From Rickettsiales bacterium (GTDB lineage: Bacteria; Pseudomonadota; Alphaproteobacteria; Rickettsiales; CANDYO01): a stretch of 64,000 nt of DNA. The stretch is taken from the NCBI GenBank assembly GCA_965228885.1, contig OZ245841.1:1332264-1396263 (forward strand), given 5' to 3'. The position numbers were made by a program, and so were the translations under genes. Every line of letters starts with the position of its first letter. Within the stretch, counting starts at the first letter, position 1. The notes below the pieces were generated by a model. That model saw only the letters and a program-made list of their open reading frames with translations. It was not told where the DNA came from and searched no databases. Shown here piece after piece: positions 8,925 to 17,486 of the stretch.

Positions 8925-9519
8925 TTATCTTCTCTAATGTTTCCTCTGGAGTCAGATTACTACTGTCAATTATAATTGCATCATCTGCTGGTTTTAATGG
9001 AGCAACCGCCCTGTTTTGGTCTCTCTCATCACGAAGTTTTAAATCAGCCAAAATAGTTTTATAATCAGAATTAGGCTGCTGATTAACTCTTCTTTTTGCT
9101 CTAACTTCCACGTCAGCTGTGATATAAAATTTATAATCAGCCTCAGGGCAGATAACAGTTCCTATATCTCTTCCCTCAATCACTGCAGCGCTTTCTTTCT
9201 TAATAAAATCACGCTGAAAACCGTAAGTTACATTCCTAAGCTCAGGATAACTTCCAATGATAGAGGCATATTCTCCAATCTCTTCCTTTGTTAAATTAGG
9301 GGCATCTAAATCAGACAATTTCAAGTTTGTTGCTGATGCTACTGCAGTTTCCATATCATGCGGATCTAAAGAAGCGCTCCATATTTTATAAGCAATAGCA
9401 CGATAAATATTACCAGTATATAAAACAGGAAGGTTTAATTTTTTACCCAGCATTCTAGCTATAGTTCCTTTACCTGAAGCTGCAGGCCCATCAATAGCAA
9501 TTAGTAATCTCTTATCCAT
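8911..9519 (-). CDS. cmk: cytidylate kinase
   Basis: P-loop IAIDGPAASGKGTIA plus RDERD. 202 aa. Confidence 0.9.
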   Translation of the reverse strand: MDKRLLIAIDGPAASGKGTIARMLGKKLNLPVLYTGNIYRAIAYKIWSASLDPHDMETAVASATNLKLSDLDAPNLTKEEIGEYASIIGSYPELRNVTYGFQRDFIKKESAAVIEGRDIGTVICPEADYKFYITADVEVRAKRRVNQQPNSDYKTILADLKLRDERDQNRAVAPLKPADDAIIIDSSNLTPEETLEKIISEI

Positions 9520-10342
9520 TTTTTAACTCATTATAATTTTTTGCTAATTGAACAAATTGCTCCACCGACAATTCTTCAGGGCGCTGAGTTAATGATATAT
9601 CGGTTTTGTCTATTAAGCCATTTAAATCAGGATGAACTTGCTTCAAAGTTCCCCTAAGCATTTTACGACGCTTATTAAACAATACCTTAGAAATAAACTG
9701 CACTGCATAAGATATATCATCTGCAACCTGAATAGCTTTAGGATAAAGAGATATAACCGATGAAGTCACTTTAGGCGGAGGGTAAAAAGCTTCAGGAGCT
9801 AAATTAAAATGATGCTCCACATCACAAAGCAATTGAGAAATAACGCTCAAACGCCCATAGTCCCTGCTTGATGGCTTAGCCATAATTCTTTCTGCCACTT
9901 CTTTTTGAAACATCAAAGTAAAACCCTGCCAATATTTAACATTCTCAAGCCATTTCACCAGCAAAGCAGTTCCTATGTTATAAGGCAAATTAGCTATAAT
10001 CTTTGTGTTTTGCGGAACTAATTCTCTTTCCTTAACCTTCATAGCATCAGCATTAATTATGTTGAGATTAGGATATGTTTCTTTTAACTCCTCTAATGCT
10101 GCTATACATCTGGAATCTTGCTCAATAACCGTTAATTCACCAGGATTAACAGCTAATATAGACCTAGTTAATCCACCGGGACCAGGACCAATTTCCAACA
10201 CATGCTGATCTGGCAATATTCTTGCAGATCTTACTATTTTATCAGTGATATTTTGGTCAAGCAGAAAATTCTGCCCTAAATTCTTTTTTGGTGCTAAATC
10301 AAATTCTTTTATAACGGATTTTAATGAGGGTAATTCTTTCAT
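9512..10342 (-). CDS. rsmA: 16S rRNA (adenine1518/1519-N6)-dimethyltransferase
   Basis: Motifs KKNLGQNFLLD, VLEIGPGPGGLT and ANLPYNI. Confidence 0.9.
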   Translation of the reverse strand: MKELPSLKSVIKEFDLAPKKNLGQNFLLDQNITDKIVRSARILPDQHVLEIGPGPGGLTRSILAVNPGELTVIEQDSRCIAALEELKETYPNLNIINADAMKVKERELVPQNTKIIANLPYNIGTALLVKWLENVKYWQGFTLMFQKEVAERIMAKPSSRDYGRLSVISQLLCDVEHHFNLAPEAFYPPPKVTSSVISLYPKAIQVADDISYAVQFISKVLFNKRRKMLRGTLKQVHPDLNGLIDKTDISLTQRPEELSVEQFVQLAKNYNELKNG

Positions 10343-10362
10343 ATTTTCTCACGATATGGCAC

Positions 10363-10396
10363 AAAAAAACCGAGACATAAGCAAAATATGTCTCGG
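10363..10396 (-). terminator. rho-independent terminator downstream of rpsU
   Basis: The minus strand reads CCGAGACAT-ATTTTGCTT-ATGTCTCGG followed by TTTTTTT. It starts about 12 nt after the rpsU stop. Confidence 0.75.
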
Positions 10397-10408
10397 CTTT
10401 AATCTTTT

Positions 10409-10609
10409 CTAAGACTCAAAATTGCGCTTACGCTCCAATTTTCTTCTTCGTCTTTGAGATTCATTCTTTTCTCTTAGTTTACGAACAGAAGGCTTCTCAT
10501 AATGACGCTTAGCTTTAATTGCTTTGAAAACCCCTTCTTTTTGCAGTTCTCTCTTCAATTTTTTTAATGCATCATCAACATTGTTATTATGAACTATGAT
10601 CTGTGTCAG
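10409..10609 (-). CDS. rpsU: 30S ribosomal protein S21, not in the ORF track because it lacks an ATG/GTG/TTG start (CTG at 10609 or ATT at 10615)
   Basis: Translation (L)TQIIVHNNNVDDALKKLKRELQKEGVFKAIKAKRHYEKPSVRKLREKNESQRRRRKLERKRNFES matches the alphaproteobacterial S21 pattern (..VLVRDNNVDQALR..KK..REG.F.E.K.R.HYEKPS). AAGGGGGGA Shine-Dalgarno just upstream. An in-frame TGA lies 6 codons upstream of the CTG. Confidence 0.85.
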   Translation of the reverse strand: MTQIIVHNNNVDDALKKLKRELQKEGVFKAIKAKRHYEKPSVRKLREKNESQRRRRKLERKRNFES

Positions 10610-10725
10610 TTTAATTCCCCCCTTTCACATATTAAATTAGGATTACCTGAACATATATATATCATTGATAGTTAAACCAATAGATAGTATATTTAGTTTA
10701 TAACGAAGAGGAGTATACATAACTT

Positions 10726-11346
10726 ATGAGCGAAAGTAAACTAAATGATTCTATAGATCAGGAAAAAATGTTAATTCTAACAGATTTTCTTAAAAATGCC
10801 CCCTTCGATCGATGGAGTTATAGCAATCTTAAGAAATCTGCTGAAGATTGCGGGTTCTCTGAAGGTTATACTGAACTTTTATTTCCTAAAGGTATCAAAA
10901 GTTTAACTGAGTATTTCCATCAATTAATGAATAAGCAAATGGAAGAGGAATATCTTAAAGGCCCCATCCCTAGTAAAATTAGCGATAAAATAGCATGGTT
11001 AATTGATTTAAAACTAAAGGCTTATAGTTCATATCGTTTAGCCATTCCTTCACTTATGCAATATAACCTTATACCCATAAATATTTGTCAGTCTCAGAAG
11101 TTCATATGGCAAAGCTGTAGCAGAATGTGGTATCTTGCTGGAGATAATTCTACAGATTACAATCATTATACCAAACGAGCTATTCTTGAATATGTCTATA
11201 GTACTAGCCTAATGTTTTGGCTATCAGATGAATCACCTAATTACATAGATACCAAAGAATTTATTGCTAAAAAAATAAAACAAGTTTTAGGTATTGGAAA
11301 GTGGAAGGAGTCCGCGTTACGATTCTTTAGAAAACTTGGAGAGTGA
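10726..11346 (+). CDS. COQ9-family protein (the 'rpsU-divergently transcribed protein' of alphaproteobacteria)
   Basis: 206 aa. Divergent from rpsU, as is typical for this family. Helical protein whose N-terminal region resembles COQ9/TetR-like folds. Confidence 0.6.
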   Translation: MSESKLNDSIDQEKMLILTDFLKNAPFDRWSYSNLKKSAEDCGFSEGYTELLFPKGIKSLTEYFHQLMNKQMEEEYLKGPIPSKISDKIAWLIDLKLKAYSSYRLAIPSLMQYNLIPINICQSQKFIWQSCSRMWYLAGDNSTDYNHYTKRAILEYVYSTSLMFWLSDESPNYIDTKEFIAKKIKQVLGIGKWKESALRFFRKLGE

Positions 11347-11929
11347 TTCCTAACTCTGTGCTATTATCCCCCATTAAAGAAATTATAATCTCATTTATTA
11401 CGCCTTCATCATCTTTAGGCATCTTATCCAAGCATTGATCACTAACTTCACTATCATCAACATCATAAAGTAGTGATGCCACCTCTACATTTTTATGATA
11501 AACAGCCACGCATAGAGGTGTCATTTCATCTTGATTTAATAAAGTAACATCAGCATTATGGTCTAATAACAACTGCACAATACTTAAGTTTCCAGATTCT
11601 GCAGCCATATGAAGAGCAGAGTAACCATGATCATCTTGCTTATTAACCTTAGCCTTTAAATCTATTAACTTACTAACCGCTTGAGCAGCATCGGATAACG
11701 CTGCAATGTGAAGAGAGGTTAAACCTCCAGGAACTTCCCTTTCTATATCAGCTCCATTATTTAATAAAATAGAAATTACTTCAGATTTATTGTATTCAGA
11801 TGCTAAATGCAAAGGAGTCCTTGAATATTCATCAATCTGATGAATAATATCTTTATTATCTTGTAAATATTTAGCTATTTCTTCTATATTGCCAAGCATT
11901 ACTGCTTTATGTAAACTTGTCCAAGACAT
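11327..11929 (-). CDS. ankyrin-repeat protein (200 aa, about 4-5 ANK repeats)
   Basis: Repeats of the form TPLHLASEYNKSEVISILLNNGADI, TSLHIAAL..., SALHMAAESGNLSIVQLLLDHNADV and TPLCVAVYHKNVEV. Confidence 0.85.
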   Translation of the reverse strand: MSWTSLHKAVMLGNIEEIAKYLQDNKDIIHQIDEYSRTPLHLASEYNKSEVISILLNNGADIEREVPGGLTSLHIAALSDAAQAVSKLIDLKAKVNKQDDHGYSALHMAAESGNLSIVQLLLDHNADVTLLNQDEMTPLCVAVYHKNVEVASLLYDVDDSEVSDQCLDKMPKDDEGVINEIIISLMGDNSTELGITLQVF

Positions 11930-12011
11930 ATCTCTTCATACTTTTGTTGATTTAAGAAAAATAAACTTATAAATAGTTTATTAATTTTGTCAAGAAAGAT
12001 TATCAATATCT

Positions 12012-12803
12012 TTATAAAATAATTCTTTTAAAGTTCTTTTTTGCTACAGCATAATCTTGAGGCAAAATAGGATAATCATATTGTTCAAGAAAAGCATTTC
12101 CATGGAGTTTTTCTGAAGGGATAGACTCCTCTCTTATTCCTTTTAGAACTCCATAGAATATAGCGCAAACAACATCCAGTGGTGAAGCGTCTCCACAAGC
12201 CACTCTATGCTCTATCCTGCGGTTGTTCTTTTCTGATAAAGGAATACGAATTGCAGCACTACGGTTGTTTCCTCCCCAGCATATTTTGCTTGGACTCTCC
12301 ACAGAATCACCTTTATAGCGTAAATATGCATTCTCATAAGGTGCAAATATTAGCATATGCTCTTCCATAGATGCACATAACCCAGCTATAGAATGGAGCA
12401 TAAGTTTAGTTTCTTTATCGCTTTTTTTAACAAAGAGATTATCCCTCTTAGTATCCTCTAAGTGCAAATGAATATGCAATGCATTGCCTGGCTGATCTAA
12501 AAATGGCTTGGCTGAAAAATTCACCTCCATGCCATGCTCTAAAGCTTGATCTGTTATTTTCTCTCTTAAATCTAATATTTTCTTAATCTGCCCCAAGATA
12601 TCAGAGCTATAATCAGTTTTAACCTCAAACTGATTCTCTCCCTTTTCTTTTTCAATTGGAATAGCCAAATCTAGTTTATCAATATTAGGAGGAGATAGAT
12701 AAAACTCTATCTCTGCACCAATAACTGGTACCATATCTAGCTGCTTAAATTGCTCAAGCAGTTTATTCAATAGCTGTGTGGAGTCATCTTTAGATATAAT
12801 CAT
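12012..12803 (-). CDS. truncated glutamine-synthetase-like protein (catalytic-domain motifs only, 263 aa)
   Basis: Ordered motifs GAEIEFYL, GENQFEV, GNALHIHLHL, WGGNNRSAAIRIP and RRIEHR. No N-terminal beta-grasp domain. Confidence 0.65.
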   Translation of the reverse strand: MIISKDDSTQLLNKLLEQFKQLDMVPVIGAEIEFYLSPPNIDKLDLAIPIEKEKGENQFEVKTDYSSDILGQIKKILDLREKITDQALEHGMEVNFSAKPFLDQPGNALHIHLHLEDTKRDNLFVKKSDKETKLMLHSIAGLCASMEEHMLIFAPYENAYLRYKGDSVESPSKICWGGNNRSAAIRIPLSEKNNRRIEHRVACGDASPLDVVCAIFYGVLKGIREESIPSEKLHGNAFLEQYDYPILPQDYAVAKKNFKRIIL

Positions 12804-12914
12804 AATGATTTAATAGTAACATAAAAAATCAACAGATTAAGTTAATTGCTTATAAAGATAGTATAAATCTTATAAAATTCTTTAAATTTTAGAAAACAAC
12901 TAGTAAATTATAAG

Positions 12915-14852
12915 TTGAAAATTAAATTAGAAAACCAGATGCATAAATATATCATAAATAATAGAAAGAAAATCATTGTGTCTACACTATGCATAATCGT
13001 ATTAGTGACCATCATTAAAGTTACTTCCTCTTTCTCTATATATTCAAATAATGAACAAACCGCTCCTCAATTTATTCCTGATTATATTATTGTTGGTGCT
13101 GGTGCTGGTGGTGGCGTTCTTGCCGCCCGCCTAGCTGAAGACAAAAACACTAAAGTTCTTCTCATAGAAGCTGGTCCAGACAACACAAAAGAAGAAGATA
13201 TCATTAAAATGAGTTCTTTTGAGAAATTATGGACCACCAGTAAAAATACAAAAAAAGGATCTCCCTCAAATCTTGCTTTTGTAACAATTCCACAAAATGG
13301 TAAAATTTATGCATACCCACGTGGAACAGGTCTAGGAGGCTCAGTCAATCATCATGCAGGCGTTGATGGAAGAGGAAGTGACGTTATTTATGATAATTGG
13401 GCAGAGACCCTAGACGATAAAAGCTGGAGTGCAGACAACCTAAGACCAATTTTTATTAAAATGGAAAATTATGACGTTCCAAATTCTAAAAAGGAAGCAC
13501 ATGGACAAAATGGTTGGCTTCATATTAGAAAAGATAAAATAGTAGAAGAAATGGATCATAGCTTAATTTCAACTTTAAAAGAATCACTAAGTGTAGAATT
13601 TCGTGAAGATTTTTATGACAATCCAGAAGATAAATCTGGAATTGGTGCTGAAGACATTCAGATGCATAATGATGGTCGAAGATCTTACGTTATAAATGAT
13701 CTATTACTTCCAAGACAAAGGGAAAATCAAGAGAATGGATGGAACAACCTTAATATAGTAACTGATCAACTCGTTACAAAAGTTATTTTCAAAGACAAGC
13801 ATGCAATAGGTGTTGAAGTTATTGATGGAGCGCGAGCTTATCAAGCTGATGATCGCCACATAGAAGATAATAAAAATTCAAATAAAATAACCTATATAGC
13901 GAAAAAAGAGGTTATCTTATGTGGAGGAGCTATTAATACTCCACAAATTCTTATGTTATCTGGCGTAGGCCCAAAAGATGAATTAGAAAAACTGAATATC
14001 AAAGTTATTGAAGATTTACCAGGTGTAGGCAAAAACCTTATTGATCATATGGAGGTTACTAATATTTATGAAATAAAAAACTTACCTAACAAAGTATGGC
14101 GCATGCAAGCAAATTATCTTTCACAAATAGACCCATCGTGGGAAAAATGGGGAGATAAAGAACTATTAAACGAAGGAGGTCTGCCCTTAGTATGGGACTG
14201 GTTCAGTGACTATGATGCTAGAGATAAAAGAAACCCAGATTTACATATCAGTATTGTTCATAGTTATCTTCGTGATTTTAATTTTGATCCAAAAAGATTT
14301 AACGAAGATGATCCACTGAAAGCAAGTTGGATAAATAAATATATAAAACAAAAAGATCCAAAAAATCCAGTTTCTTATTTTGGATTTTTAACTGAGATTC
14401 TTAAAGTTAACTCCAAGACCGGATCTATAAAACTTGCAAGCAATAACCCCACAGAAGCACCTCTCATAGATCCTCAATTAAATAAATCAGATGAAGATTT
14501 AACTCGCCTTGCAATGGGTATTCAATTGCAGCGTAAAATAATGCAAAAACCAGAAATGCAAAAATACGAACCTGTCGAAGTCCTTCCTGGGCCTAATTTT
14601 AAGACACTCGAACAACTAAAAGATTATATAAGCAGATATTCTTCATTCGGCCATCATATATCTGGAACGGCTAAGATGGGAAAAGCTAGCGACCCTATGG
14701 CAGTGACCAATTCTAGTGGATTAGTTAGAGGCGTAACAGGTCTACGTATTTGCGATGCTTCTCTTGCACCAGAAATGCCTGGCTACAACACTTCAAGACC
14801 CACCTATATGATTGGCGAAGTAATTGCAGAGAAAATAAAATCAGAAAAATAA
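12915..14852 (+). CDS. GMC-family FAD oxidoreductase (choline dehydrogenase-like) with an N-terminal membrane anchor
   Basis: TTG start. TM segment IIVSTLCIIVLVTIIKV. FAD fingerprint DYIIVGAGAGGGVLAARLAED. Motifs GGSVNHHAG, CGGAINTPQILMLSGVGP and C-terminal HHISGTAKMG...DASLAP. Confidence 0.8.
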   Translation: MKIKLENQMHKYIINNRKKIIVSTLCIIVLVTIIKVTSSFSIYSNNEQTAPQFIPDYIIVGAGAGGGVLAARLAEDKNTKVLLIEAGPDNTKEEDIIKMSSFEKLWTTSKNTKKGSPSNLAFVTIPQNGKIYAYPRGTGLGGSVNHHAGVDGRGSDVIYDNWAETLDDKSWSADNLRPIFIKMENYDVPNSKKEAHGQNGWLHIRKDKIVEEMDHSLISTLKESLSVEFREDFYDNPEDKSGIGAEDIQMHNDGRRSYVINDLLLPRQRENQENGWNNLNIVTDQLVTKVIFKDKHAIGVEVIDGARAYQADDRHIEDNKNSNKITYIAKKEVILCGGAINTPQILMLSGVGPKDELEKLNIKVIEDLPGVGKNLIDHMEVTNIYEIKNLPNKVWRMQANYLSQIDPSWEKWGDKELLNEGGLPLVWDWFSDYDARDKRNPDLHISIVHSYLRDFNFDPKRFNEDDPLKASWINKYIKQKDPKNPVSYFGFLTEILKVNSKTGSIKLASNNPTEAPLIDPQLNKSDEDLTRLAMGIQLQRKIMQKPEMQKYEPVEVLPGPNFKTLEQLKDYISRYSSFGHHISGTAKMGKASDPMAVTNSSGLVRGVTGLRICDASLAPEMPGYNTSRPTYMIGEVIAEKIKSEK

Positions 14853-14934
14853 TATATAAAAAGATATAGATTTCCTTTATTTTAAATTCTTGCCCTAATC
14901 TCAAAGAGTCATTATATTTAGTCATAGAAAATAA

Positions 14935-15573
14935 ATGCATAATAGCTTTATGACAATAGAATGGAAAATATCCACAAAGCCAATTGAATATCAAGAAGCT
15001 ATAAACTTCATGGAGCAGCGCATTTACCAAATCCATCAAGAAAAAGCATCTGAGATGGTTTGGTTTTTAGAACATCCTCCCATTTACACTGGAGGAAGCA
15101 GCGCTGAATCTAAAGATCTATTTAATTCTCTAAATCTTCCAGTCTATCAAACAGGCAGAGGTGGACAATACACCTATCATGGCCCAGGCCAGAGAGTAGT
15201 CTATTTAATGTTAGACTTAAGAAAAAGAGGAGAAGATTTAAGAAAATATGTTGCAAATCTAGAAGACTGGATAATAGCTAGTCTTGCTGAAATTGGTTTA
15301 TCCTCTGAAAAAAGAGAGGGGCGCATAGGAATCTGGACCATTGATAAACAAAACAAAGACGCTAAAATTGCAGCCATTGGAATTAGAGTTAGAAAATGGA
15401 TCACTTATCATGGTATCGCAATTAACGTTACCCCCAATCTTGAACATTATAGCGGAATAATTCCTTGCGGTATCAAGGAATTTGGCGTAACCTCTTTAAA
15501 TGAACTGGGATATAATATATCTTATCAAAAATTAGATAGCATATTAAAGAGTAAATTTAGTGAGTTCTTCTAA
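14935..15573 (+). CDS. lipB: octanoyltransferase (lipoyl(octanoyl) transferase)
   Basis: Motifs LEHPPIYTGG, RGGQYTYHGPGQ and KIAAIGIRV....TYHG. The start may instead be the second ATG at 14950. Confidence 0.88.
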   Translation: MHNSFMTIEWKISTKPIEYQEAINFMEQRIYQIHQEKASEMVWFLEHPPIYTGGSSAESKDLFNSLNLPVYQTGRGGQYTYHGPGQRVVYLMLDLRKRGEDLRKYVANLEDWIIASLAEIGLSSEKREGRIGIWTIDKQNKDAKIAAIGIRVRKWITYHGIAINVTPNLEHYSGIIPCGIKEFGVTSLNELGYNISYQKLDSILKSKFSEFF

Positions 15574-16102
15574 AATTCTATACGTTATATTCTTTGTAAT
15601 TTTTATATGGATGCTTGGTTTTGCTTTATTCTTAAGCAAAATCTCTCATGAAAAAATAGAATTAAATGAAAGAGCCGATGCAATCATTGTTTTAACTGGA
15701 GCAAAGGGCAGAATAGATGCAGGGCTACAGCTATTATCTTTCGATTATGGAAAACATCTATTCATCTCAGGCGTTGGGCAAAACGTTCCCTTAAAAGACC
15801 TAAGTAAATTTCTATCATCTTTTTCTAGTGATTATGTGGAAACTTTAAAATCTTCTATTACTTTAGATCATTTTGCTGATTCCACTGAAGGCAATGCCAT
15901 TGAAAGTATGGAATGGATCAAAAATAATGGTTATAAAAAAATAATTTTAGTCACCTCAAATTACCATATGCCACGCAGCTTACGACTGTTTAAAAACTCT
16001 ATGCCGAATATAGAAATTATTCCATATCCGGTAGTAAATAACATTAATTATCAACAAGCCTTTCTGGAGTATAATAAATTTTTAGTATGTTTAATCAAAT
16101 AA
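15560..16102 (+). CDS. DUF218 (YdcF/ElyC/SanA-like) membrane-anchored protein
   Basis: GTG start overlapping the lipB end. N-terminal TM segment. Motifs AIIVLTGAKGRI....LFISGV and ILVTSNYHMPRS. Confidence 0.65.
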   Translation: MSSSKILYVIFFVIFIWMLGFALFLSKISHEKIELNERADAIIVLTGAKGRIDAGLQLLSFDYGKHLFISGVGQNVPLKDLSKFLSSFSSDYVETLKSSITLDHFADSTEGNAIESMEWIKNNGYKKIILVTSNYHMPRSLRLFKNSMPNIEIIPYPVVNNINYQQAFLEYNKFLVCLIK

Positions 16103-16800
16103 TTCGTTCTTTCATTTTTAATTGCTTTTATGTTTTCTGGACTTTAGCTGTGGGAATACTATTTTTTCCAGTGGTATTTATGCCAACTCATATTATTATA
16201 TTAGTGATAGGCAAAATCTGGGCCCAAGGTCTTTATTTCTTTCTTAAAATATTATGTAATTTAAAGCTTGATCTAAAAGGAGTAGAAAACCGTCCTAAAG
16301 TTCCTGCTATTTATGCCTCTAAGCATCAATCAGCCTTAGAGACATTCATGTATCATATTCTTGTACATAAACCTGTATTTGTTTTAAAGAAAGAATTACT
16401 TAATATTCCAGTATTTGGATATTATTTAAAAAAAATGGGGATGATTGCCATAGATAGATCAGGAGGAATTAAAAGCCTAAAAATTCTTTTAAAAGAAGTA
16501 CAAGATAAGTTAGATGATGGCTATTCTATAATTATCTTCCCTGAAGGCACCAGAACCAAGCCTGGAGATCAAGTAGAATATAATGCTGGGATTGCTGCTA
16601 TTTATAATCTCAAAGCAGCCAGTATAATCCCCATAGCTTTAAACACTGGATGTTTCTGGCCTAAAGATTCTTTCCTTAAAAAACCAGGTAAATTCACAAT
16701 AGAATTTCTTCCCGCCATATCTAATGATCTGAATAAAAAAGAATTCATGAGTCAATTGGAAGAACAAATAGAAACCAAGTCAAAAGAACTAATTATTTAA
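16087..16800 (+). CDS. plsC: 1-acyl-sn-glycerol-3-phosphate acyltransferase
   Basis: Acyltransferase motifs SKHQSALE (HX4D-type block) and IFPEGTRT. Confidence 0.8.
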   Translation: MFNQIIRSFIFNCFYVFWTLAVGILFFPVVFMPTHIIILVIGKIWAQGLYFFLKILCNLKLDLKGVENRPKVPAIYASKHQSALETFMYHILVHKPVFVLKKELLNIPVFGYYLKKMGMIAIDRSGGIKSLKILLKEVQDKLDDGYSIIIFPEGTRTKPGDQVEYNAGIAAIYNLKAASIIPIALNTGCFWPKDSFLKKPGKFTIEFLPAISNDLNKKEFMSQLEEQIETKSKELII

Positions 16801-16815
16801 AAACTGAAGGTTATA

Positions 16816-17154
16816 ATGAGCATAATAAGTTACGAAGAATTTGAGCGTGTAGATTTACGCTCTGGAACTGTAGTTAACGCCGAAAAGTTTCCTAGGGCAA
16901 AAAAACCAGCATTTAAAATATGGGCAGATTTTGGCCCCCAAATAGGCATATTACAAACCTCAGCACAAGTAACTATTAATTATAGTTTGGACTCGCTAAT
17001 AGGAAAATCTATTATTGCTTGCGTAAACTTAGGCGAAAAAAATATTGCTGGATTTTTATCTCAATTCCTACTACTGGGATTTACTGATGACAACGGCGCA
17101 ATCTGCTTAGCATCAAGTGATCCAAAAGTACCAAATGGACAAAAACTCTGTTGA
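16816..17154 (+). CDS. tRNA-binding domain protein (CsaA/YgjH-like)
   Basis: 112 aa. Motifs FERVDLRSGTVVNAEKFPRAKKPAFKIWADFG and ACVNLGEKNIAGFLS. Confidence 0.75.
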   Translation: MSIISYEEFERVDLRSGTVVNAEKFPRAKKPAFKIWADFGPQIGILQTSAQVTINYSLDSLIGKSIIACVNLGEKNIAGFLSQFLLLGFTDDNGAICLASSDPKVPNGQKLC

Positions 17155-17195
17155 TAATAATTTCATCATTTAAAGTCCAATCTGCCTTATCCCTA

Positions 17196-17486
17196 CTTGT
17201 CATCCTAGCGCCCTTGTCCCTCACTCGTCATCCTAGCGCCCTGTCCTTCACTCGTCATTGCGAGCGCTTTATTTTAAAAGCGCGTGGCAATCCATAACCA
17301 CTCCATATGGATTGCTTCGTCGCCAAGGCTCCTTGCAATGACGGAGAAAATATGACGTTTCCTCGCAATGAAGGAGAAAATATGACGTTTCCTCGCAATG
17401 ACGGAATGTTTTAACACTATCGTCATCCTTGTCCCATCCTCCTTCCTTCGTCATCCTTGCGCCCCTTTAGGGCGCGAGGATCCAGA
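17196..17486. repeat. composite palindromic element, copy 3, plus an adjacent second hairpin element
   Basis: Left-arm 27-28 nt units at 17196-17250. Core 17252-17343 (TCGTCATTGCGAGCGC...GCAATCCAT-N11-ATGGATTGC...CCTTGCAATGACG). Right-arm 30-nt units at 17331-17405. Extra palindrome TCCTTGCGCCC-CTTTA-GGGCGCGAGGA at about 17452-17480. Confidence 0.85.
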
